The notes under the pieces are model-generated. The model was given only the letters and a program-made list of their open reading frames with translations. It ran no database searches and had not been told where the DNA came from. Below are positions 22,415-34,445 of a DNA stretch of 64,000 nucleotides, one piece after another (within the stretch, counting starts at the first letter, position 1; every line of letters starts with the position of its first letter). The DNA is taken from assembly GCF_000150275.1 (NCBI RefSeq), contig NW_002060946.1:6238597-6302596 (forward strand). The letters are read 5' to 3'. The stretch is from Trichoplax adhaerens. Lineage: Eukaryota > Animalia > Placozoa. Made by a program: the position numbers and the translations under genes.

Positions 22415-22699
22415 ACTGTCTTCAAGATGGTAATGACTCGTCCACTACTAGACGGGTTCGTGTCCAATGCTTTAACAAGATCTTCTCACTAATAACATGA
22501 AGGACAACATCCACTAGTACATGATGATTTTGTAGGTATGGTGAGGAAATAAGATGCTCGATAGCGAAAGAATGATAGAAGCTCGACGAAAGAAGTTTTG
22601 TGGAATGGAGAACCAATGGCCGACAAAAAGGACCGGCGCAAGATGTTTTTGTACCAGCGAGTTCTTCTTGCGTCCATGGGTACCGTTCCGTCCCGAATA

Positions 22700-23050
22700 T
22701 TACAGTACACAGTACAGTATCATGGAGGGACTGTACACTGTACACTGTACTGTACACTGGACACGACAGTACGGTGTCGTGGACGGACAGCACATCCTTT
22801 ACAGTGTACAGTACAGTACTATACAGTATCATGGAAGAACTGTACACTGTACAGTGCATTAGGGCGGACGGACAAGCCGTCCTTTACAGTGTACAATACA
22901 GTACAATACAGTATCATGGAAAAACTGTACACTATACAGTATCCATGCAAAAGTAAAAGAGTGCAGTAACCGTTCCCGTGTACGGTACTGTACAGTACAG
23001 TACAGTACTCTACAGTATAGGAGAAGTACAGTCAGTGTACACTACAGTAT
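22700..23050. repeat. Composite TACAG-rich tandem repeat upstream of TM2D3
   Basis: Three copies of ACAGTATCATGGA(N3)ACTGTACACT (CATGGA at 22721, 22830, 22915) and two of GGACGGACA..TCCTTTACAGTGTACA (~22781, ~22866), embedded in TACAG tracts. Confidence 0.8.
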
Positions 23051-26000
23051 CAACTATCAACTACGGTACTGCCCATGATGGAGTGGGATGGATGGACGTA
23101 CAGATTGGCGAAAGCTTCTTCCTCCGTCATTTCAACACATAAAATCAAATCCAATATGGGCAATAAAGGAGATGCGAATGAGATGGATGCACAAATTGTA
23201 AAATCTGTCAACATCTTGCCAGTGGTCTCTACCACAGCCTTTACACAGGGATAGACCTATATTACATGTCCCTATTACTGCATTAACACGCAATGCAACT
23301 GGATGATTCATCAGCATAGCACGTACAAGCTGCAAACAGAAATGCAACAGTATGATGCGCTATCGGTCGGCATTATTATTCCATTCAAGTGAATATTGGC
23401 AAGATGAAGTTGAATAGGATCCAACTGGTAACAAGAATCACAAGTACACGTACGAAGGATATGGATCTTAAGACGCTTGAAAGAGTATTTTTGCCTACTA
23501 AGGGATCAATAAAAAACGATAGCAGAAAGGCAAAGGGAACTGACTTTATGATGAACTTATTAGGCATTTGGACGCTTGATTAATATGCCTTCATCAGATA
23601 GTCGCATTCCATTTCATGTTAAAGTAAATGCTAAAATGAGAAAATCAATCAACAATTGATTCGACCACCTGAATCAATTCTAAAAAACAGGTGGACATAT
23701 TTCCATCAGACATGCAACTTGTGTCAATGGCGATATTTTAACACATACGAGCGCACATTATTACATTGAATAATAGCATCATCCGCTATTTAAACACTTA
23801 TCCTTAATAATAGAAAGTTTATTTAATTTATACTCTACCGTCATTATGGCCAATGCATAATCAGAATTAAATATTCAGCGTAATCTAAATGAATGCTTGT
23901 TGTTATCAATGAAGTACAACGGGGCAGCAATTAAATTTCAATTTTTATTAGCATAATTAAGACGCGAGACTGCCTAATATACAATCGATTACGTCGATAA
24001 TAATTGTGATACAATCGGTCATCAATTAGACTGATCATCAAGGATAATTAAAGTCATAAACGATTCTATCAAGTTACGCAATGATCTCCGTTTCTTCTTT
24101 ACTCATTGGAATCAATGAATTATCCATTAATAGACTATCAATAAGCCGTAGGTCTTTGGATAATGCGTATAATTTGGCTGTTGAGAGTCATATAAAACAT
24201 GATTCATTTGTTGATCGCATTAATCAAGATCTTACTTTTAATTTAACTGGGATATTACCATCCAGGATAGCTTAAATAGAAAGGTAGATATTGTACTCGT
24301 CTCTTGGATATCAGTATTGTTCTATCGTAGGCCAGTTAAGGAATATTTTCATCGAGTGCTTTAAGGCTGTTACTTCTTTCATTAATTCATATATTTCATT
24401 AATAAATGAACTTTTGCTTGAGGAGCGAAAGTAATGACTAGAAACGGACTACTGTAGCCATCGATCAATTTGGCTAGTAGCATTGACCACAGACTTATAT
24501 TTTTTGCCCTTTAACATACGTCAAATATCGATCGGGCAGGCGTTCATGAGTACACATATATTATTCTTCATTCAAAAATCATGAAGAGGAATTGAACTCA
24601 ATATCATCGACTCTACAAATTTCCCTACGTTAAATGATTGAATCAATGCACTGCGATGACATCTTATTTTATCATCTTACCAAAGCAAAGATTTTATTCT
24701 TGATCTTTTGCCCAATGCTTCTAATTAACGCGTTAAAATTAGCATCAATGACATGATTCAATCATGTAAGAATATTCATATAAGAACAGATCATTCTTTC
24801 AGTAACGCAACAGTTATAGCATGGCAGGCTCATTGAATAGTTTTAGTCAACTCTATTATAAACTATTGAAATGAAAATGATTTATCCAATACTTGATGAA
24901 AGTAGAAACTCATTTTCAATGTTACTAAATGCACCAATAATTAACTACGGTTAGTTGCTTTCAAAGATCGTCAATAAACTACTCGTAGAATTACCACTTA
25001 CTTATTCTGTATTCATTTCTGCCCTACAATTTCATATCTGCAACGATCGACCCGATACTTAAAGTTAGTTTAGCTCAGAAAATAAGAAAACAAGATGATA
25101 CTCTAAAAGTTGAAATAACGTTGAACCCTTACGATATTCTTGTTCGTATGGCGTCACTTTAAATTTATTGCATAACTAATTCTATTTAAGCTAGTGTAAT
25201 AGTTTCATTGAGACTGGTTCATTGTACTAATCTATCCCAATAAGCCATAACAATTTATCAATTAGACAACTACTAAATTAGACAGGATCGCACTGCCATT
25301 CCACTGACGAGCAACTAGGTATTAATATTGCAAGCCAATGGGATAAATCTTGCCCTATTAATGGCAACGATTTGAAAGTATTGCAAAATAATTGATACTA
25401 TCTCTTGTCTGGATTAGCTACTAGAGTCAAGTGTTGAATATGGAATTGGATTTTAAAAAACAATAATTCATTAGGTCAATGTCAAAGTAGTCTATTTATA
25501 AAATAAAATTGTGATACTAAATTAGTCTATCCTATCGAAAAGATGTGGGCTTTCTTTGAAAGAATGAAGCAAATTCCTAAGTGTTATTGACGTAAAGAAA
25601 CAACTGAGAAATGAGATTATACCAATCAATATTAAAATCTTATAGAGCTAGAGTAAGAACGGCAAGGTTTGATTTTGATTAAAGTTTGATGAAAGAGTTT
25701 TCCTTCTATTTGGAGACAAGATAAATGATCGGAGCTAATGTAGTAAGATGTTGAATAATATGAAATCGCATAGTTAGCAATCAAGACTGAATCCTTTCCT
25801 TAAATATATGTATATTACGGCTACGACGTAAAGAAAGAATCTAAAAAATCAATTAACTGCACTTATAGTAATCTATAAATAACGGCAATATTGTCGTAAG
25901 TAAGAATTAAAGCATTATTCATTGTGTTCAAGTTTATTTTCGGACTGAATCATCATCATCGTCATCAGTACTTTACATATAAATTGTTTTTGAATTATTG

Positions 26001-29000
26001 ACCGCGATAGAAATGATCATGCTAATCTAGTTGTAATTATAAAATAAACTTTGTTAAAATAACTAGCGATCATGCAATAGAGTTAATGAAATAATTCATT
26101 TCGAGCCCTATGTCAATAAAGGATGAATACATGAATCTAGAGTCTATCATCACTATAAAGTCTCAAAAAAATCATCATTGACATAAATTAGCATAGCTCT
26201 AATCAAATGGATCAGTGTTGACATTAGCTTGAATAATAATGAATTCACATCTAGCTAGTTCTACGTCAACACTGATCAAGATAGCATGCTTGAATTACAT
26301 TATCGACCATCAATAGAGAATTAAATTTATAAAAACAACATCTACTTGTTGATTATAGCATTCGTGGCAGTCGAGCAGCATCTGTTCTCTTAATTGATGA
26401 ATAAATAAATTATACAACTCGAATTTTTAAAATACTTCATTGACTATAAATTAATATTCACTGCAATTAAATCGATCATTTGGTCTACTTCCATTAATAT
26501 CCGTCAAGAGCTTACGACTTTTCCAGGTTAGTCGATAAAATTTCTGTTAATTGATTATTTGTAAACGCACGATTTGTATCTCTCTGGTTTTAATCTTCAC
26601 ATCGAGATTCTATCCCTACTTTGGTCAATCAATGTATTATGTCTCGGTAAAAAAATTAGCTCATTAATATCTTTCATATTCGATTTGCTTTCAACTTGAT
26701 TTTGTCATCAACTATCAGTCTTAGCCATAAATGGAGCTAATATCATGATTTGCTTTACCATTTTCCATCATTTAATCAACATTATCAAATCACGAGTTCT
26801 CTATACCAAAGTTGATCTATACTACAGTAGTTGGGAAGCACTTGAATTCATTCATGATTTAAGCGTAGAAAGTGGGTCATGATCTATAGATATTTCATTT
26901 CTATATGATATAAAAGTCATCATTGAAGAATCTACAATTTTCATTGAACAATCCTTTGACAATACTATCCTATGAGCATCACGAAAAACCTATTGCTAAG
27001 TGCAATATCGGAAAAATAGCGATCAACATTTTGGAACACTTTTATGTTAAATCCAATGAAGAAACTAATTTTTAAAAAAGATTGCTGAAGATGTACTCCA
27101 TAAAGTACTGGGTATTGAGTTAAATATAAAATTCGGAGATATCCGCAGTGTAGCTCAACAGATACAATCAGGCTAAATAAGTGAGGAAAGATTGAAAATA
27201 TTTCTACAAATATTTTTTCCGTAGTACAGTAACCCAAAGACGTATTTTACATACGGTGTTAGAATGCCTGAGATCTCGATATGAAACGAAGGTTTATTCC
27301 ATGAATATGTCATGAAAGTAATAAAATGCAATTTTCAGTCTTGTATAGTTGGCTATGGAAAATCACAGTAAGATAAAAATCATGATTTATCCACAGCTTG
27401 AATATGATATACGATTTAAATATCGTATGTAATGATTTCAGCTAATCACCATAGTAAAGTTAAGCACTCATATACTACAACATAGTCAGGAAATTGCTTT
27501 GGGTTTTATTTTATGGCCTGTAGTCTTGAAGAATTTGTATTATTAGTAGACTGTTAGCATTTTTCCTTTGAATATGCATCATCTTTATCTGTGTAGAATA
27601 CGCAGCATTCATAGAAGTAAATCGTTCAATAAGCTTGATGCCATGCTACGGGTAAACGATATTGATTCGACAAGAAACGATAATCTCTCCATGCCGAGAT
27701 ATAGAGATATGTGCTTTGGCTATAGAGCTTTATTGCATCAATATGATCTTCATGTTCCTTGAAAACAGCATTAACCATCCTATGCTTGATTACAATATCC
27801 ATTTTCATTATCTTAATACAGTAGGAAAGGATAATAGTAGCAATGATGGAACGGCCTACAGGAAGCATACGACGAATAATGTATTAAAATAACTTTTAGA
27901 ATTTACAAATAATCTATTTGACTAATTTCTCCTAGGGCATCTTACAATGTAAGTTTAGGAAACAATACTTGGATAAATTATTAACCAAAGAGTTTAAAGG
28001 ACACAATAATTACTATAAAATTGTTTTGATTCGATTAATCCATCGGATTGAAAAAATTGAATAATTATTTCTTTAAATATTATAATCATTGTACAACTCT
28101 CAAATGTCGCTGTAAGAATTATTGCAATAGCTAAATTCGCAAGGATATAATAATCTGTAGATTTATTAGATAACATAACTTCAACTATCAACCGTAGGAA
28201 GATTAACCGTTTCTAACATGAAATTGACAACAGATTTTGAAAAGAACAGTCTTGGGTTACGGATAGAAATGAATGAAAGTACTAATTATAGTGTCCGAAA
28301 TATCACGTTCCTACTTAGAAAGAGGTTGTCTTTTGAAAATAACACGACAAAAGTGTAGTCATAAAGAACCCAAGATGATAGAATAAGCCAGTGAATAGCT
28401 TTCAAAGCCTATAGGGCTGAGATTTAAATAGAGCACCATAATTGTATTGCATTAGATTAAAACGACGACTTTTACAATAGTAAGGACAGCATTTTATGGG
28501 CTATTTGTGTGAAAATCAATGTCTAAATCAGTTTTATAGGAAAACTTTAGAAAGAAAGTTGTGAATCTGCGATACACTATTCCAGCTGTCATAGATCAAA
28601 AATCGCTGCTTTAAGCAAGATTAATGGATCAGATGCAATTGGAATAAAGAAAGAATCTCGAAATTCTAGCATAATATTGGCCTATAACTTAATTTAACTT
28701 ATATTCAATTGTCTAGCTTCCGTCATTGTAAGAGTTCATAGGATTACAGTCCATTTTTTGAATCTATTTTTGACTACAGTATAAAATTTTAATGATAACA
28801 AACTGAATTAAATTAATATTCATAAGTTTACTGTAAGCCCTTAGTAAAAGAGTTATCACTATCCAAATACTTCAAGCCAAGACAATAGTTATTCTATAAG
28901 AAGGTAAAAATTAACTTGGTCTGACGAGATATTATTTCGTGACACGTATTTACTCCATTTGATAATATAATTTTGCAACAGTAAAATAAGTAGACTGATA

Positions 29001-32000
29001 AATAAACGATCATGTCGGCCATTGTGCCTATAACTAAGGGATAAGAATTAATACAGATATTATTCTCATTGAAAAGAAAACATGATCCAATATCCGATAA
29101 TTGAAATAGATAGAATCTGTTCTGTTCTCACGGATTGCAACTGCTTGACTAGAAGTGTTGACAATCATGACAATGTTCAATTAATTGGACAAGACAACAA
29201 AACGCCCATCAGGATAGTGCTTGAGAAGGAATTCAGTCCATTTTATTATCGCCGATGTTGTTGTTTTTTGTCTACTTTGTTGTTGTTATTTTACCATTGC
29301 TACCAGTAGTTTATTGCCTTGGATCAGATTTATTTGGAATGAGAATTCATTCATTTCTTTACTACGACTAGTATATAGTACTCTCCGCTCAGTTAATTCA
29401 CTCTTAAGGCTTGCAGAGTGACGAGCATTATTTAACCTAGGCCTTAGGCATCGTTATTTTGATATTTACGAACTACTTGAGATTTTATTGATCAAAGTAT
29501 AAGTTAATTAGCTTTGTATTTGGTACTCTAAATACAATTCTGATTAGTCCTAACATACTTTTATTCAAAGACACTTGATGATTAAGAGTTTATTCCACTA
29601 CTGACTTATGCGTAATCGGTGGTAACATTTATTTATTTTAGCTACGTCCACTTTGATTTTTCTCCTTGCGATCTGCGGCGATCATCGAGCAAAACCATTT
29701 CTTCAACAAAAGAAAGAATCGGTGAGTTACATTTATTCGCTCAATTTTCCAAAGAACAAGACAGTGTAGACAACATGGGCAGTGGTTATGATAAAGGAAT
29801 AGGTTGTAAACTACTTTAACTAGCTTAAATAGCCGACATCCGATATCTATTCGTTAATCGCAGTAACATTTACAACAAAGCCTTCAATATTTTAATCATT
29901 CAATTGGCTATTCTAGAGAACGACTATTTCTCTTGCGGTTTTTATCTATTTAGTTTTCAACGCCTTCATCTAAATTGCTATAAGCTATTTATCGTACAAG
30001 TACTGGGACGATTGACCATTTCAGCATAGCTTTAGATGAATACGCTCACTATATTTATCTATCATTTAACAGAATGTGGGGGAAATGGGAGAGTTTGTCG
30101 CTTTAGCTAATTGAAAAACCATTCAGTTGTCGTGATTAGAACTAATAAAGGCGACAAATAAATAAACGGCGTATCGGAATGTAGTCATGACGATTAAACT
30201 AACGGAATGCGGATGAAAAGCAAATCTACTTTGGCATATACTATGATTCGACGAGAAAAATATTGATCGATCCCGTAAGGGGAAAATCTTAGTAAAGTAG
30301 TTCTAGTCTGAATCTAGTTGCAAGTCCATGCTAGATTTGTAAATCGAATCGACCTAAATCAAACGTCCATGTTACTACATTATTGGCGTACTCTCTTGCA
30401 AAGATTACTGCTCACCTTCAAAGAGTACCTAAAAATTCCACTGGTAAGGTAAAGTCTGAAATAATTTGCTTCAGCATTCCATCTATTCTATTTATAGATG
30501 TACTGTTAATTAATCTACAATTGACTGATTGAGAGTGTACCACATCGAAATTTCTGCAATAGAATAGCATTCTGTCATTGAATTAGGAAAGAATGGAGCA
30601 GTTGTAGTGAATATTGTGATATAGGAATTGTTGCATCCTATCTGATACAATGTAGAAAAAGGATTACTTATCTCATACTTAAATTTTTGCGATACTAATT
30701 TCGAATATCTAAATTGAAAAGATAAAAAGCGGATTAAAGGTATTATTCTGAGCTTTAAAATAATCACTCTTGCCGATTACTTGGGCGTTTCGGATAATTT
30801 TGTTGATCTAATTCCAGAGATTTATTAACGTATACTTTCTCACTACTCTATTTGCTGTACTCGTAGTTACTCTCTGTCTTCGAGGATAAGGTTGTAGTTC
30901 AAGTAGTTTCAAATTGAGGAAACTAAGGAATAAATGGAAAGTGTGCATTTATACATTCGCAAAGTAGATTGTTTCTTGATCTCTGTGAGGATAGTAACGG
31001 GGCTCTACTCCCAATGAAAAGGACTATAAGTATCATGAAGGCCTTTGTTGGAAGCTTTACCTAGACTACGGCATTTAGCGTTTCCGTACCTTGGAAGAAG
31101 CGAAGTTAATCAAGCTAAATTCGCTTTCAATTCGAGAGAACCAGGAATGAATTAAAGGTGTTAATTATTATTTCCGTCTTTTCGCGGGATGCTGTTCATA
31201 ATAGTTAATCAATGGAAACTCTTTTCTAGTTCGAGAGAACCAGAAACGGTTTCAAGGTGCTAATGATCATCGTCCATTTTTTGAAGGATGACAGTTAATT
31301 AATCCAATCTCATTCCCTGTTCGAAATAGATTAATAACAGATTACAGATATTCATGAATATTTCCAATCTTTTTGGAGAATGATCATCTAAACTCTAATT
31401 AGCGATGAACTTAGAATGGGATTAAATGATTGTTCCTTCTCATTCCAGGGAACAGTAGTCAATCTAAAGTTATTTCTAATTCGAAACCAGCCGTCGTGTT
31501 TCCACTCTTAGTCGTTAACATTAGCATGAGAGACTTTGATATATTCCTTCTACAATAACTGTATTGATTCTCCAATAATCTACTGACAGAGAATAGAAAT
31601 CTTTATTATCTTCATATAAAGATATAAAGATCATATAAAGATACCGTTGTTTCACTATTGGAATGGGGGAATGATGACTCATCGTCCATTTTAGTATTCC
31701 ATTTTTAAAACACTTCATTTTCATTTTTATTGTGCGTCATCATTAAAAGCCCTTAGGTCAAGGGAACCAATTGATAGTAAATATGCCCATCAATATGGAC
31801 AATCGAACTATAGATCTAAACAAATGGCTGATATTGAAGGAATCTATTTTATCTTGCTTTATCGATTTATCGTCTGCCATCTTTTCCAGGAATCGACAAT
31901 GAAGATGAAAATACTGTGCAGTGGATTCACTGTAATTATAGGGATTGCTTTGCCCGAATGAATTTATTCTATTTTAAGGAGGATTTTTCTTATTTTGCAT

Positions 32001-32256
32001 GATCGTTTCGCAATTCTCTCAGTGCTATCAAGCTAGTATTGAGCTTTGACTAAAACAATTATTATAGTATGAGGATTTATTTTAATTTCCGATCCTGCAT
32101 CGCTAATTTTCGATTGCAAAGACTAACGGCTAATCATTAATTGGAATAAGATAGTACGGTTTATTTAATCATTGGTAATGGCGGATATAGATAGCTCCTT
32201 TTGGGCTTGTACAAATTTTGTAAGACATGCGTAAGATATCCCCGTACCTATGAGAA

Positions 32257-32353
32257 ATCGCACAGTTTCGGCCGCCTAATAGCGGCTACCTCATCAGAAC
32301 ATTCTTAATGCCGCACAAACTTAATCGCAATTTCCGAATCGTTAAACTGCGAT
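32257..32353 (-). ncRNA. Candidate hammerhead ribozyme (type III topology)
   Basis: The minus strand has CUGAUGA (32297-32291), a GC-rich stem II, GAAA (32269-32266), and plausible stems I and III. One extra U lies at the cleavage junction. See findings. Confidence 0.5.
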
Positions 32354-33166
32354 AATCACTAACCGTCGCCGTGATGAAATTGAAATTTTAATTATTTACT
32401 GGGAAAAAAGATACTGATAAATGCCTGTAAGTTTTTGCAGAGCGAATCGATGAGCTCATTTCTAAATTGTCAGTAGATATTTCTTGCATAATATTGCTAC
32501 TACAAGTTACCCGTGTACGCTTGAGTTAAAATTGGAAATTATATTAAATTTATGATAAGAAATGAATGCTGTTTAGTAACGAAACTATTTTACGGGCATC
32601 TACTACATGTCGCAAGAATTAATAGCTTGGGATATTTTATATTTAGTGTATATTCATTGCTTTGATTACAGCATTAATTCTAATGAAGCCAAAATCCTGA
32701 TAGAAATATCGAATATAAATTATAACCTACTTTTAGTTCGCCATTAATTGTGAATCGATACATTTAACAGTTGTTTTGATCATTCAAATGATCGGCTAAT
32801 GAATTATCTCCTTTTGTAAATACGCGTATATCGACTTTATAGCCTTTCATTTTAATTTCGTACTTTAATAATTAACGTACTTATCTATATATGTCGATAA
32901 TATTTAGGAGCTATCGTTTCAAGCCAATAAGACAGTTTCAATCATCTCCGATTATAACCCTTTTAAAATCGTAGAATATCAACTGTAATACGCGAACGTT
33001 GCTGGACGTTGGAATTTTAAAATTCTATCTTAACGCTTCAAGCCAGATCTTTCCTATCTTTCTTGCCGAGTTTTGTTATCACCAGTTCCACTTCAAGCCA
33101 ATTGGCACACCAGTAAATTTTGGTTAAAGATTTGGTTGGATATCAGACTAGAGCACTATCGTTAAT

Positions 33167-34445
33167 ATGTCGGCTGCTGGAAATAATACTACCTCAGTTA
33201 TTACACGTTGCATGTATATGCGACCAGATGAAATTATTGAAGCCTACATCTATAGCGCTGTCGTATTTTTTACAATTTTAAATAACAGTCTGTTAATCAT
33301 GGTTATGCGCCGCCATTGGAATAATACCAATATTATTATGTGCAGTATGTGTCTTAGTTGTATCTTATTTGCCGTATTCTTCCTCTTACCACGAAAAATT
33401 TTAGTTGGCACATTGCGCTGCGATCCAATTTACTGCGCCTTTATTAGTTTACTTGGGCAAACATTTGTTATTATGATGAATTTACATCTTTGTATAGTCA
33501 GTTTGGATAAATATTTGGCAATTACTGCACCTTTACACTATGAATCGATCGTTAAGAAGAAGCGTGTAATTATTGCTCTGGCTGTCGTTTATATTCTCTC
33601 TATAGCGGCAAGCTTTTTACCTCTGATTTGGCGCCCCGTATTTCAAGATAGATCACGATGTAAGTTTCATGTCAATACCCTATTAATTTTCTGCAAATGA
33701 TTGATGAACACTACATAAATACACAAAAACAGGCACGCTGTTTCAGTAATTGCTCAATTTAGAAATTTTGAAATATAATCTTTCGTTTGAACGCAATTAG
33801 GATTAATTTAAATGGCTACTATATCAAATGGCTTTTTATTAATGAACTCTAACTTTTTGTGTAATAACTATGAAATTTTTAGCTGAAATGAGTACTTTTT
33901 GTATATCTATCCGTGAAATAGGTTGGACTACTGCAAATACACCACAAACCGCCCAAATTGAAGAAGTTTATTACTTTGTCTTCTTCATTTCCTTGTTTTT
34001 TATACCATTAGCCATTATGTTACTAACTTATGGCCGCATTTATGCTATTGCACGAGATCATCATATTCGCAGCCAACCCAAGACACCAACGAGTGGCAAA
34101 AATGGAAGCCGTAGAAAGAGTTTAGTCGATTCTACATTTAAGAATATTAAAGCGGCCCGTACTTTAGCTATAGTTGTCGGCACATTTTTCGTATTTTGGA
34201 TGCCTTATATCATCGCCTTCTTTATATTTCGCGTACGTCAAAATAGCGAATATACACCATCCGCATTGATATTTATTCAAGTTACGGTCTATATTGCTTA
34301 TTGTTATCCAGTGATCAATCCAATTATTTATGGCTACTTTAATAGCAATATACGCAAAACCGCCATAAATATGATCCGCCGTTACAAGCGAAAGGAAAGT
34401 ATATACTCTTCAGGATCTGCTTACTCCATAGGACGAACGGAGTAG
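33167..34445 (+). CDS. Rhodopsin-family (class A) orphan GPCR, amine-receptor-like scaffold, ~338 aa
   Basis: Exons 33167-33659 and 33922-34445; the phase-1 intron splits the ECL2 Cys codon. Seven hydrophobic segments, SLDKYLAITAPLHY, FFIPLAIMLLTYGRI, KAARTLAIVVGTFFVFWMPY, INPIIYG. Confidence 0.92.

Noticed and set aside
22422-22969. ORFs of 102-145 aa upstream of TM2D3
   Set aside because: Derived from the repeat tract and the probable TM2D3 5'UTR; no recognisable protein.
25890-25980. Second hammerhead-like CUGAUGA...GAAA on the minus strand
   Set aside because: It arises within a (GAT)n run, has a C-C mismatch at the 10.1-11.1 pair and only AU-rich bulged stems; likely chance.
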